Origin: an uncultured archaeon
Lineage (GTDB): Archaea; Aenigmatarchaeota; Aenigmatarchaeia; CG10238-14
NCBI GenBank assembly: GCA_964372465.1
Contig: CAYJRA010000001.1
Location: forward strand, 21,845-85,844
Direction: 5' to 3'
DNA: 64,000 bases
Shown here one piece after another: positions 1-9,494 of this stretch (its first letter is position 1; the number at the start of each line of letters is the position of its first letter). The notes below the pieces were generated by a model. That model saw nothing but the letters and a program-made list of their open reading frames with translations. It was not told the DNA's origin and did no database searches. The position numbers and the translations under genes are program-made.

Positions 1-279
1 CAGTTCAGTTTCTTCCGGTCCTTCAACAATTTTACCAGCAAGCCTTAATTGGAACAAGTATTTTTGAAATTCTATCTTTTCCAGCTTTATTTGAAGAATC
101 ATGGGTTTTTTTCCTATTTTTTGCTTTTCACCGTCTCTCAATAAAAAAAGACTTCTCATAGTTCTAGCTTTAACCAAATCTCCCGGTTCAATAATGGTCT
201 TTAAGTACCAGAGATCGTCTTCCGTGTCAACTTTAAGTTTAACTATGCCTTTCTTTAGGGCTGTTTTTAAAATTCTCAT
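1..279 (-). CDS. pelA: Pelota/Dom34 mRNA-surveillance factor, N-terminal part (rest of gene lies beyond window start)
   Basis: Cut by the window edge, so absent from the ORF track. Reverse-strand ATG at 279-277. The translation MRILKTALKKGIVKLKVDTEDDLWYLKTIIEPGDLVKARTMRSLFLLRDGEKQKIGKKPMILQIKLEKIEFQKYLFQLRLAGKIVEGPEETEL matches the conserved N-terminal pattern of archaeal Pelota (EDDLW.L...I.PGD.V...T.R ... L.I..E.IEF....LRL.G.I). Confidence 0.75.
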   Translation of the reverse strand, partial: MRILKTALKKGIVKLKVDTEDDLWYLKTIIEPGDLVKARTMRSLFLLRDGEKQKIGKKPMILQIKLEKIEFQKYLFQLRLAGKIVEGPEETEL

Positions 280-342
280 TGCTATCACTTAATATATGAA
301 ATAAGAAAAAGTTATTAGTTTTAAAACCAATAGAGTTTTAGT

Positions 343-1518
343 ATGAAACAAAAAGGCGAAACCAAAATAGACGAGTTCATTTGGATAGTAGGCACAGGTA
401 TGGTTATTATAGCGGTGCTTTTGTTCACACTGCCATCAGAAAAACAAGTGTCAAGTGATAATACTACCCAGAATATAACCGAAATTAGAGGGGAATTTAG
501 GGTTGGCGCTGTCAGCAAAGATATCCCCAGAAGTATAAGAATCGGTGATTTTTCCGTTAGTTTCACCCTGGGATCTAATACCGTGAGAGAAGAAAGAGAT
601 ATTGAGGTTAAAAAAAGTTTATTCGAAACAAAAGACTCCAAAATTAGCGGAAGAATTGATGAAGATTTGAATTTAGTGACAGGCGGCTTTCTTGTCATCG
701 ATGTTCTTGATTACAGCAAAGTTGGAAATTTGATCGTTAAAATAAATGACAAAGAGGTATACAATCAAGAAACAAACCCCGGAGAAGTTAACATACCGTT
801 AGAAAAATCTGACCTAAAAAGTTATAACGTGATAGAATTGTCCAGTTCTGGTCCTGGATGGAAATTCTGGTCTTCAAGTATTTATACAATAGATAAAGTT
901 AAATTTGGAATTAATTTATACGGAAGATCTGAAAAAACCTACCAATTCCAATTAGATGAATCGGAATTAAAAACATTTAGCAGCGGTAGTGTTGCCTTTG
1001 ATGTAGCTGACAAAGAAGGTGACGGAAATTTAATAATAAAATTAAATGAAAAACTTGTTTTCAAAGGTGACCCTTCCAGAACCTTTAGAAAGTCCTTTGA
1101 CATATTTGATGTTGGTTTATCAAAAGGAAATAATGAAATATCATTTTCAACAGAAACGGGCACTGTATATGAACTGGATGATGCTCAAATTATAATTTCA
1201 CACCAAGAAACATCTAGGAAAAAAAGATCGTTTAGTTTTATTATAACAGAATCTGACCTAACCAAATTAAAGGGTAATAAAAGGGGTGTTATTGAATTTT
1301 TCGTGGTTGATTCTAACTTTCTTGGCTCATTAAAATTAAGTACAACAGATGCTGACGGAAACGAACACCCTGTTGGGGTATTGAGTTCGTTCAAAGAAGG
1401 CGAAGTGGTGAGAATGAATTACGATGACAGCGATGTGTCTGTAGGGACGAATACTATAAACTTTGAATCACTTGATGACGGCAGCTTCACTCTCAGCAAT
1501 TTAGAAGTTAAAAAATGA
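343..1518 (+). CDS. Membrane-anchored extracellular protein with three internal repeats (function unknown)
   Basis: N-terminal hydrophobic anchor IWIVGTGMVIIAVLLF preceded by KG, weakly reminiscent of an archaeal class III/pilin-type signal. Three ~110-aa repeats follow, sharing G(N/S)L(I/K)(V/I/L)K(I/L)N(D/E)K.V(Y/F) cores (DYSKVGNLIVKINDKEVYNQ / DKEGDGNLIIKLNEKLVFKG / DSNFLGSLKLSTTDADGNEH). No family recognised. Confidence 0.5.
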   Translation: MKQKGETKIDEFIWIVGTGMVIIAVLLFTLPSEKQVSSDNTTQNITEIRGEFRVGAVSKDIPRSIRIGDFSVSFTLGSNTVREERDIEVKKSLFETKDSKISGRIDEDLNLVTGGFLVIDVLDYSKVGNLIVKINDKEVYNQETNPGEVNIPLEKSDLKSYNVIELSSSGPGWKFWSSSIYTIDKVKFGINLYGRSEKTYQFQLDESELKTFSSGSVAFDVADKEGDGNLIIKLNEKLVFKGDPSRTFRKSFDIFDVGLSKGNNEISFSTETGTVYELDDAQIIISHQETSRKKRSFSFIITESDLTKLKGNKRGVIEFFVVDSNFLGSLKLSTTDADGNEHPVGVLSSFKEGEVVRMNYDDSDVSVGTNTINFESLDDGSFTLSNLEVKK

Positions 1519-2298
1519 TCAAGTACCAAGCCAAATTAAATTAATGAAATCTCTTAATCCTGGGACGAAACCCAAAAGCCCTATTGCAAACTTTATAAAA
1601 TTCTTAAATTCTTTCTCTTCTTTACTTCTGTCAATTAAATACAAAACTGCTGACACAACAGCTAATTTTAAAATTACAAAAGAAATACCCGTCCCTGTTA
1701 GGTTTATTATGTATCTTGGCAAGACATGCAACTCGTAATAATTAAAATAGTCTATTGAAACAAACGTCACAATGGAATCAAAACCGTGAACACCTAAAAG
1801 AATCTTGTTTTCTTTTGACCATTTTATAAGAAATAATAAAAATAGAATAGGCAAATACCATAAAAACACGTAGAAAATTCCCTTCAAGTTATTTAATCTA
1901 ATTACTGTCATTGTGGGCAGAAGAAGAATAATACCCAATATCAACATTGTCTTATAATAAGGGAGTCTTGCCTTTTTTTGTATCAAAATCGAAATTGCTA
2001 AAGCGGAAATTATTATAGAAAAAAATAACAACCATATGCCCGGGGACATAAATAAAAATCCTTTTAATATGCCGGCATCTTCAAAAACACGCAAGTTGAC
2101 TCCTAGCAGAACAAAAGGCAATATTGCAAAAATGAATTCTCTATTAATTCTTATTTTAAATTTTTCAAGAAGTTTAAATGTTATATACGAGAATCCAACA
2201 AACAACAAGGCGTATGTTATAGTATTAACAACGTTGTATCCTTCTCTAGTAACCAATGAATCAATATAATATCTGTATAGAAAATCAGTAATGTTCAT
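1519..2298 (-). CDS. Polytopic membrane protein, DUF63-like
   Basis: About 7 hydrophobic helices. The N-terminus RYYIDSLVTREGYNVVNTITYALLF...LRVFEDAGIL resembles archaeal DUF63 proteins from memory. Needs an HMM check. Confidence 0.45.
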   Translation of the reverse strand: MNITDFLYRYYIDSLVTREGYNVVNTITYALLFVGFSYITFKLLEKFKIRINREFIFAILPFVLLGVNLRVFEDAGILKGFLFMSPGIWLLFFSIIISALAISILIQKKARLPYYKTMLILGIILLLPTMTVIRLNNLKGIFYVFLWYLPILFLLFLIKWSKENKILLGVHGFDSIVTFVSIDYFNYYELHVLPRYIINLTGTGISFVILKLAVVSAVLYLIDRSKEEKEFKNFIKFAIGLLGFVPGLRDFINLIWLGT

Positions 2299-2486
2299 GA
2301 AAAAATATTATTCTTGAATATTAAATATATAAGTGCGGCTTTCGATACTACATATAACAATGTCGAGTCTATAATCTTGGGCTGTGTCTATTTCTATTTA
2401 TTATTTAACTACTGGTATTTCTAAAAAAATAATTTAATTGAAAATAAAGATAAATTTAATAATATATTACCCCAGAATAATTTAAT

Positions 2487-3416
2487 ATGAGCAAATCAAA
2501 ACCATTGCTGTTATTAGCCTTCATTGTTTCAATAGCTGGGTGCACTAGCTCAGGTGGTGGGGGTGGTGCAGGAGGAGGGGGCGTTTGTTCTGAATACCCC
2601 GGAGCATCAAATGCGATGCATGTGATTCAATTCAAACCAGATTCTTCAATATTTCAAAGTAGAGATGAAATATCTGTAATACTCGGAATTAAAAACAGTG
2701 GTGGTTTACCCGCAAAAAATATAGAATATGAATTGATTGGTCTGAATCCTGCCGAATGGATTATATCCCCAGGAGAGAAAATTGGCGGTCCTCCTTTATT
2801 GCAACAACCTGATCCTGCAAGCAAGACAGGTGGTGACGAGGATACAGCCGAATGGATTATTAAGCATTCTGTTTCAAGAGGGGTTGCTCTTCCATATAAA
2901 ATAGAAGGTAGAGCCACATTTGACTATGAAACAGCATCCGAAACAAATATTCAAGTGGCAACCAGAGAGTATGTGAAAAGACTACCAGAAAACCAAAGAA
3001 GTGGTTTTGAAAGTGGACTGGGAGTATCAACTTCCATAGTTAGTGATGGTCCATTAAAAGTTTCTGTTCAAGGCACTGGAAAGGTCATTAATCCAGGTAA
3101 CAGTTTACCAATCAGCGTAACTATAATAATAAAGAACGAAGGCGGTGGATCAATATTTAATAGAGCTAATGGGAGACCAAATGAAATACAATCAGTTACA
3201 ATATTAAGTGGCACTACACCCATACAATGTGGCCCTGGAGTAATAAGTGGTGTGACATCCAGATTAGATAGCTCGGGTTCAAAAACATATAACTGTAAAT
3301 TACCTGTATCGGCTTCAAGCAACATCGATTGGTCAAATGTTCCATTGACTGTTAGACTAGGATATTCCTATTATGTAAACAAATGCATAAGTGTTACAGT
3401 AAACCCACCCATATAA
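2487..3416 (+). CDS. Secreted lipoprotein-like surface protein
   Basis: Signal peptide with lipobox-like SIAGC, a Gly linker TSSGGGGGAGGGG, then a Ser/Thr/Gly-rich beta-type domain. An AT-rich TATA-like region lies upstream. Confidence 0.5.
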   Translation: MSKSKPLLLLAFIVSIAGCTSSGGGGGAGGGGVCSEYPGASNAMHVIQFKPDSSIFQSRDEISVILGIKNSGGLPAKNIEYELIGLNPAEWIISPGEKIGGPPLLQQPDPASKTGGDEDTAEWIIKHSVSRGVALPYKIEGRATFDYETASETNIQVATREYVKRLPENQRSGFESGLGVSTSIVSDGPLKVSVQGTGKVINPGNSLPISVTIIIKNEGGGSIFNRANGRPNEIQSVTILSGTTPIQCGPGVISGVTSRLDSSGSKTYNCKLPVSASSNIDWSNVPLTVRLGYSYYVNKCISVTVNPPI

Positions 3417-3418
3417 AA

Positions 3419-3490
3419 TGGGCTCGAGGAGAATCGAACTCCTTTTTTTGCCGTGTGAGGGCAATGTCCTAACCGTTAGACTACAAACCC
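3419..3490 (-). tRNA. tRNA-Val (anticodon CAC)
   Basis: The reverse complement GGGTTTGTAGTCTAACGGTTAGGACATTGCCCTCACACGGCAAAAAAAGGAGTTCGATTCTCCTCGAGCCCA folds as a cloverleaf. Acceptor GGGTTTG/CGAGCCC, D stem GTCT/GGAC, anticodon stem TTGCC/GGCAA with loop CT-CAC-AC, T arm AGGAG-TTCGATT-CTCCT. CCA is not encoded. Confidence 0.9.
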
Positions 3491-3491
3491 A

Positions 3492-4772
3492 TTAAAAATC
3501 AGTTAATGACTTTTGTTCGTGAAACTTTGCTTTATTTTGTCTTTCTTCTATTCCAACAAATTCTTTCTCATCGAATATCGGTATTCCATACTCACCATCA
3601 TATCCCGCCACATAATTTATTTTTCCATCTCTTACTTTTATTATTGCATCAGCAATTTTCTCATTAGTAATTTTAACCAGTTCTTCTTTAGAGATATTTA
3701 ATAAAACATTCAGTTCATTTTCGAATTTTGCAATCAATTTATCATGTTCAGCTAAAACTTTTTTATTGTAAAGTTGGCCTACTCCTGTAGCATACGAAAT
3801 TATTTCGTATAAAGGAAGTAATGTTTTAAAAGGTATGGCATTTTTGGGTATAAAACCCTCAGGCCTGTCTATCAGTTGTTCAACTCTTTGTGCGACACCT
3901 ATTGTAAGTTTTCTTTTGCATTTTTGGCAAATGTTATTTAGTTTTACTGCTTCTTTTGGCTCTAAACTAATTCCACAATCTTTATGCCCAGTAAAATGAT
4001 ATTTACCATAAAACGGTGACGTTTCTATAGTAAATAAAAACTTTTTTTTATCTTTGTTTTTTATTGCGTTGTGAATTTCCCAATAAGTTATTTTTTCTAT
4101 ATCAAAAACGTTGGCTTCTCTCCCTAATCTCCATGGGTTTGGACTATGTGAATCCGAAGAACTTAATAAAGTAAATTTATCTAGAGCACTAATCCGCCAA
4201 TTCATTGCTGGGTCGCTGCTCATACCAGTCTCAGATGCAAAAATATTTTTAATCTGATCTTGATAACATTCCTCAAGTGAATTAAATCCAGAATATTCAC
4301 CCAAAGCTCCAAACCAGCTTGTCCACATATGAGATGGATAAATAAAAATGTCTTTACTTATATTCATGCATATTTCTACAAACTCGGAGGAAGACATTTT
4401 CAATATAGGTCTGCCGTCAAACTTTAGATTTCCAAATTTTGATATTGCCTCATTCATTTGTTTTGCAATTTCTAAAGATGGTAGATGATATACATGATGA
4501 ATTTTTCTATTTTTGTTATTGAAATTATAGATTGTAGAAACCTCGCCTGTTAACATAAATAACATATCATCAAATTTAAAAAGTCCAGAATCAGGAATTT
4601 CCTGAAGTTCATTTTCCAATGTTTGCAGCCAAATAGGATGTGAAATATCTCCTGTGCCCAATAAATTCAATCCTTTTAATTTTGCTCCTTTGCTTAGATG
4701 TTCTGTGTCCATATTTTTACTTGTAGCACGTGAAAACTTTGAATGCAACTGAAAATCTGCTATTATTCTCAT
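3492..4772 (-). CDS. PHP-domain nuclease, endonuclease Q-like (TIGR00375-type)
   Basis: N-terminal PHP signature RIIADFQLHSKFSRATS..LKGLNLLGTGDISHP. His/Asp-rich central motifs SSSDSHSP. Cys/His cluster HFTGHKDCG...CQKCKRK. The 426-aa size and motif order match EndoQ as I remember it from Pyrococcus. Confidence 0.6.
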   Translation of the reverse strand: MRIIADFQLHSKFSRATSKNMDTEHLSKGAKLKGLNLLGTGDISHPIWLQTLENELQEIPDSGLFKFDDMLFMLTGEVSTIYNFNNKNRKIHHVYHLPSLEIAKQMNEAISKFGNLKFDGRPILKMSSSEFVEICMNISKDIFIYPSHMWTSWFGALGEYSGFNSLEECYQDQIKNIFASETGMSSDPAMNWRISALDKFTLLSSSDSHSPNPWRLGREANVFDIEKITYWEIHNAIKNKDKKKFLFTIETSPFYGKYHFTGHKDCGISLEPKEAVKLNNICQKCKRKLTIGVAQRVEQLIDRPEGFIPKNAIPFKTLLPLYEIISYATGVGQLYNKKVLAEHDKLIAKFENELNVLLNISKEELVKITNEKIADAIIKVRDGKINYVAGYDGEYGIPIFDEKEFVGIEERQNKAKFHEQKSLTDF

Positions 4773-4776
4773 AAAA

Positions 4777-5400
4777 TCACAACTCTAATTCATCCAATGA
4801 ACTTATTACTGTGTGATTTATCTCTTTTTGATATCTGCCATTTCTATCAATCAAAATAGTCTTGAATCCAATTTTTTCGGCAGGAATTATATCGTTAGAA
4901 TAGCTATCTCCTATTAAACATATTTCACTCGGTTTAACATTAGTTTCTTCCAAAACCAGTTTAAAAAAATCTAAATTTGGTTTTGCCAACCCAACGTTAC
5001 ATGATAAAATAATTTTATAAAAGAACTTTCTTATTCCCAAACTTTCTATGAATTTATCCGAATACTCTGTACCTGTACTAGATAATAAAACAAGCTTGTA
5101 TTTTTTAGATAATTTTTCCAAGTTAGACATGACGTCGTCAAACAATTTGTTTGTTTCCGTAGCTTTTTCCCATAATTTCAAAATCTCTGGAATATTTGTT
5201 TTTATATTTTTATATTTCATTGTTTTTTTTAAAAAAGATTTTTTATCCAGTTTGGTCGGAAACCACTCTTTATCGCAATACTTCCAATAAGAATTTACGT
5301 CATCAAAACCCAGCTTTTTAGTCAACTCTTCCATTATTTTTTTATCGTTTCCGGCAACCAATGTTTCCCAAAAATCAAAAACCAGAATTTTGAAAGTCAT
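4777..5400 (-). CDS. HAD-superfamily hydrolase
   Basis: Motif I variant VFDFWETLV (DxY/WxT type, as in haloacid-dehalogenase-like members), LLSSTG (motif II) and a C-terminal LIGDSYSNDIIPAEKIGFKTILI (motif IV). Confidence 0.65.
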   Translation of the reverse strand: MTFKILVFDFWETLVAGNDKKIMEELTKKLGFDDVNSYWKYCDKEWFPTKLDKKSFLKKTMKYKNIKTNIPEILKLWEKATETNKLFDDVMSNLEKLSKKYKLVLLSSTGTEYSDKFIESLGIRKFFYKIILSCNVGLAKPNLDFFKLVLEETNVKPSEICLIGDSYSNDIIPAEKIGFKTILIDRNGRYQKEINHTVISSLDELEL

Positions 5401-5424
5401 AAAATAATTATTATAGTAAAAGAA

Positions 5425-6381
5425 TTAAATGTCTCTTATTCCATCTTGTGTCACTTTAAACACGCACTCCCCTATTGGAAGATCCGGTGCATCCATCATT
5501 TTTGCTATTTTTTTGTCTCCACTTGATTTTCTTAAATACATCCTATAAGTAGCTTGATGAGCTAACACATGACCACCTACCGGTGTAGTTGGATCTCCAA
5601 ATAAGATAGCCGGATTGGCCAAAACTTGATTCGTTACATATACAGCAAGATTATATGTATCCGCTAATTTTTGTAGTGTATGAAGATGCCTATTTAATTT
5701 CTGCTGTCTTGGCGCCAATTCGCCTCTACCGGTATAGTCCGATCTGAAATGAGATGTCAAAGAATCGACAACTATTAATTTTATGTTGTTGGCCTCTATC
5801 ATCTCGCCTGCTTTTTCCACCAAAAACACCTGATGATCGCTAGTGTATGCCCTGGCAACAAATATATTCTTCAAGACTTTCTCTGGATCCAAACCCGCTG
5901 CTTGAGCTATTTGCATGACTCTTTGTGGTCTGAATGTGTTTTCACTATCTATCCATAGACAATTACCGTTCAATCCTCCTTTTTCAATAGGTAGTTGTAT
6001 ATTAACGGATAACTGAAATCCAAGCTGGGTTTTCCCTGAACCGAACTGAGCAAATGCCTCAGTAATTGCTTGTGTTTGAATTCCGCCACCAAGCAATTCA
6101 TCTAATGTCTTACTGTTGGTGGTTATTTTACTGGTCTTCTGCTGTTGCTTCCATACTTTATCAGCAGAAACAAAACCCATTTCTAGCAAATCTCTAGCAC
6201 TTACGATTATTTTGGTAGCGGTTGCTTGGCTTATCTCCAATATAGATGCCAATTCTCCCGGAGACGAGACAGCAATAGCCATAGGATCGTTAATACCCAC
6301 TTCCGTCAATTTTTCAGCCATTTTAGGCCCTATACCAGATATGTCTTCCAACTTTACCTTTTTTTCAGCCATTATAACCAT
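5425..6381 (-). CDS. radA: DNA repair and recombination protein RadA
   Basis: N-terminal Hh[18 protein letters not shown], Walker A FGSGKTQL, Walker [14 protein letters not shown], and conserved [25 protein letters not shown]. Its start overlaps the rpa stop by 10 nt. Confidence 0.95.
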   Translation of the reverse strand: MVIMAEKKVKLEDISGIGPKMAEKLTEVGINDPMAIAVSSPGELASILEISQATATKIIVSARDLLEMGFVSADKVWKQQQKTSKITTNSKTLDELLGGGIQTQAITEAFAQFGSGKTQLGFQLSVNIQLPIEKGGLNGNCLWIDSENTFRPQRVMQIAQAAGLDPEKVLKNIFVARAYTSDHQVFLVEKAGEMIEANNIKLIVVDSLTSHFRSDYTGRGELAPRQQKLNRHLHTLQKLADTYNLAVYVTNQVLANPAILFGDPTTPVGGHVLAHQATYRMYLRKSSGDKKIAKMMDAPDLPIGECVFKVTQDGIRDI

Positions 6382-7379
6382 CTTAAATTTTCAATTTTAT
6401 CTATAAGTCTTTTACTTTCTTCTTCAATATCGACCGTTTCTACGTCATTAACCACAATTTCCAAAGTTTCAAAGATCTTATTCTTCTTAATTCTACCTCT
6501 AAAAATAAACTCTTCACCCAATACATTATTCTTTATCATTTCTGTTATTTCGTTTTGTGGTAGATTTATTAGTGATAATGGATCTAGATTGGAGATTGAT
6601 TTTGCAATATCTCTGAAGAATACACCCCTTATTGTGGAAGTGCCATCGTCTATAATACCGCTGATTATAATATTTGGTTCAGCATCTATCTTCCCATGCT
6701 CTCTACAGAAATGTCCCTCCTCCTTCTCCTCGACCTTAGTTTTACATTTGGGGCATGTTAAAAACAGAGGGTTTATGTTGAAAATATCGACTATTGTACC
6801 TCTTATTTCATATAAGCCTTCTTTCACACCTTTTAGTAGTGTCCTTTTTACTATTCTCTTGCTTGATTCCGTTGGAATGGTTTGATCATCCTCTATTTTT
6901 TCTATAGAAGAAGATTTCAATAGAACCAACTCGACGCCGCCGTATATATTATCTCTTGAAGTTGCGTTTTTTATTTGTATTACATCCCCTGTTTTTATAG
7001 TATTATTTATAATGTCTACCTGTTTATCCCAGATTGGGACTCTGGTTTCTCCACTACCGTCAGAAATTATCAAATTTGATACTCTCCCAATATTGCCATC
7101 TTTTTTGTTGAATTCCTTTATTGGCGTTATATCTAAAATCCTTCCTTTTAGGTTGATATTTCTCATGCCACTGACCATGTCTTTAATTTTCACGTCTCTT
7201 TTTTCGACAGTTTTCAATAAATCTACTCCCAAATCTCTAGCTACTAAATGTGCAGCGCCTTCTGAAGAAACCAAGCCGGAGAATTCATCTTGTTTTTCTT
7301 TGATTTTATCCATTAATTCATCTCTAGATATAGACGCCTTTTTCTCTAACTCGGATAATATTTCTTCTAGATTTAACAC
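6372..7379 (-). CDS. rpa: Replication protein A (ssDNA-binding, OB folds plus zinc finger)
   Basis: Typical RPA N-terminus [46 protein letters not shown]-fold pattern [40 protein letters not shown]. Zinc finger [15 protein letters not shown]. Confidence 0.75.
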   Translation of the reverse strand: MLNLEEILSELEKKASISRDELMDKIKEKQDEFSGLVSSEGAAHLVARDLGVDLLKTVEKRDVKIKDMVSGMRNINLKGRILDITPIKEFNKKDGNIGRVSNLIISDGSGETRVPIWDKQVDIINNTIKTGDVIQIKNATSRDNIYGGVELVLLKSSSIEKIEDDQTIPTESSKRIVKRTLLKGVKEGLYEIRGTIVDIFNINPLFLTCPKCKTKVEEKEEGHFCREHGKIDAEPNIIISGIIDDGTSTIRGVFFRDIAKSISNLDPLSLINLPQNEITEMIKNNVLGEEFIFRGRIKKNKIFETLEIVVNDVETVDIEEESKRLIDKIENLRWL

Positions 7380-7428
7380 AAAACCACTGATAGAATTATG
7401 AAATTAAAGTTGAAATATTAGAAAGGAG

Positions 7429-7653
7429 CTAAGATGTAATTTTCCTTCTAGCCATTTTCACATCCTCATCAATAATGGTCTTTCTTCCTGCATGTTTAGC
7501 CAAGGCAAAGGCTTCAGCAGACAATCTACTGACATAATCTGTTAATCTATTAGAAAACTCTTTTACTGCTCCTTTCGACACTCTTTTGGCTCCTGCTTTT
7601 CTTAATAGCCTTTCTAGAGGAGCTAAAGGTAAATTTTTCTTGTCTTTGACCAT
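7429..7653 (-). CDS. Archaeal histone (HMf family)
   Basis: 74 aa with LPLAPLERLLRKAGAKRVSKGAVKEFSNRLTDYVSRLSAEAFALAKHAGRKTIIDEDVKMA, a complete histone fold. Confidence 0.9.
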   Translation of the reverse strand: MVKDKKNLPLAPLERLLRKAGAKRVSKGAVKEFSNRLTDYVSRLSAEAFALAKHAGRKTIIDEDVKMARRKITS

Positions 7654-7770
7654 TTTATCACTTATTTAATAATTTTAACACGGCGTGTACTTAAAATTTT
7701 CTTTGTTCCATAGTACATGATTTTATATTCAATAGAAGGTGTTATATTTGTTTCTACCAAAAAAAGTATA

Positions 7771-8850
7771 ATGAAAATAGCCTTATTTTTTGATATATTT
7801 GCCGAAAGAGGCGGTTCTGAAAGAGTCGCTATAGATATAGCTAAAGAACTGAATGCAGATATATATACAACACATGTAGATTGGAAAAATTCTGATGAAG
7901 ATCTAAAGAAATTGAAAATAAAGGAAACTGGCTTGCTTTTCAAAAATTCTAAATTATTAACTTGCAGCGAAATCGCATTCAGGTTTTCGATGTTAAAAGT
8001 GAAAGGTTATGATGTGTGTTTATTTACAAGAATATATTCCATTGCTGGAGCCAAAAATCATCATCCAAATATTTGGATATGCAACAGTCCGAATAGAACT
8101 ATTTATGATCTACACGAAACAGTTTACAAGAGATTGAGTTTTTGGCAAAAACCCATATTCAAATTATGGTGTTTTATATACTCCTATTTCGATAAAATGT
8201 GGGTAAAAAACTTTGATAAGATTCTTTCAAATTCAAAAAATACTGAAAAAAGACTAAAAAGATATTATAATATTGAAACCAAGATTTTATATCATCCAGT
8301 AGACACAAAAAGATTTAAATACAAAACTTGTGGGGATTTTTATCTTACTATAAACAGGCTAACTAGAGAAAAAAGGGTTGATCTAGTAATTAAAGCCTTT
8401 AAAAAAATGCCAGATAAAATTTTATTGGTTGTGGGCGATGGACCAGAAAAGAATAATTTAATCAATTTAGCGAAAGAACATAAAAATATTAAATTTCTTG
8501 GTAATGTTAGTCTAGATAAAAAAATAGAACTTTACTCCGAATGTATAGCTACGATTTACATGCCTATTGATGAAGATTACGGACTAATACCGTTGGAATC
8601 AATGGCTTCAGGAAAACCTTGTATAGCAGTAAATGAAGGTGGTTGTAAGGAAACTGTTATTCATGGTAAAACTGGGTTCTTAATAAAACCCCAAACTGAA
8701 GAAATAATAAAATATGTAAACCATTTAAAACCAGAAATAGCGAAAAAAATGAAAAATGACTGCATGGAACAAGCCAAGAACTTCGATTTAGAATTATTTA
8801 TCCTAAAATTAAAAAAGGAAGTTAATCATTTACTAAAAGTGAAGAAATGA
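7771..8850 (+). CDS. Glycosyltransferase, GT4 family
   Basis: Start moved to the ATG at 7771 (MKIALFFDIFAERGGSERV). C-terminal GT-B motif EDYGLIPLESMASGKPCIAVNEGGCKETV. Confidence 0.75.
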   Translation: MKIALFFDIFAERGGSERVAIDIAKELNADIYTTHVDWKNSDEDLKKLKIKETGLLFKNSKLLTCSEIAFRFSMLKVKGYDVCLFTRIYSIAGAKNHHPNIWICNSPNRTIYDLHETVYKRLSFWQKPIFKLWCFIYSYFDKMWVKNFDKILSNSKNTEKRLKRYYNIETKILYHPVDTKRFKYKTCGDFYLTINRLTREKRVDLVIKAFKKMPDKILLVVGDGPEKNNLINLAKEHKNIKFLGNVSLDKKIELYSECIATIYMPIDEDYGLIPLESMASGKPCIAVNEGGCKETVIHGKTGFLIKPQTEEIIKYVNHLKPEIAKKMKNDCMEQAKNFDLELFILKLKKEVNHLLKVKK

Positions 8851-9494
8851 GATCAGAAGAAGAATTAAGAAGAGCCCCTTATGTGGAAAAAACATTCAGT
8901 ATAGTTCAGAAAGAATTGATGGGTAAAGTTCTAGATTTGGGTTGTGCCGATGGCATATTTTCATATAAACATAAAAACGTCATAGGATTAGATATTCTAG
9001 AAGAGAGATATGTGGAATTTTATAAATTGTCTGATGGTAAATTTTTGATTCCGTTGATAAGAGGCAACATGCATAAATTACCTTTTAGGAAATCGTCTTT
9101 TGATTGTGTTTTAATAAACCACACTTTAGAGCACACAAACAGGCCAAATGACGTTCTGAAGGAAGTAAATAGAATACTAAAACCGAAAGGAAAAATAATA
9201 ATTGGTGTCCCAAATTCGTATTCTATTCAAGCATTAACAATGAGGAAGTTTTTTGGAACCGATTTTTATGCATATGTAAATGAACACAAAAGCAATTTCA
9301 GTTTCTTGTCATTAAAAAATATGTTGATTAAAAATGGGTTTGAAAAAATTAAAGAATATAAAACAGCGTTTCACGTTCATATTATAGGTAAAATGTTTGA
9401 GTTGCCAGTATTAAGGAAAACTGTCCAGAATATGGCAAAAAAAAACAAAGAAATGTCACAAGATATTATTCTGGTCGGAATAAAAAATGAATAG
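8847..9494 (+). CDS. Class I SAM-dependent methyltransferase
   Basis: Motif I VLDLGCADG; LPFRKSSFDCVLINHTLEH; NRILKPKGKIIIGVPN. 4-nt overlap with the upstream GT4. Confidence 0.75.
   Translation: MRSEEELRRAPYVEKTFSIVQKELMGKVLDLGCADGIFSYKHKNVIGLDILEERYVEFYKLSDGKFLIPLIRGNMHKLPFRKSSFDCVLINHTLEHTNRPNDVLKEVNRILKPKGKIIIGVPNSYSIQALTMRKFFGTDFYAYVNEHKSNFSFLSLKNMLIKNGFEKIKEYKTAFHVHIIGKMFELPVLRKTVQNMAKKNKEMSQDIILVGIKNE

Noticed and set aside
2553-2582. A G-rich tract (GGTGGTGGGGGTGGTGCAGGAGGAGGGGGC) that stands out in an AT-rich genome; possible G-quadruplex or repeat
   Set aside because: It lies inside ORF 2487-3416 and is fully explained as the codons of the poly-Gly linker after the lipobox cysteine. 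It is not repeated elsewhere in the window.
6226-6885. A 219-aa + strand ORF, plus similar long antisense ORFs (for example 321-698, 7012-7401, 12394-12783, 20652-21053, 39195-39521, 48045-48446, 56160-56471)
   Set aside because: All lie antisense to, or out of frame with, strongly supported genes (rpa/radA, GT-C, GT2, CBS, DUF371). They have low-complexity Ser/Phe/Ile/Leu-rich translations typical of AT-rich shadow ORFs.
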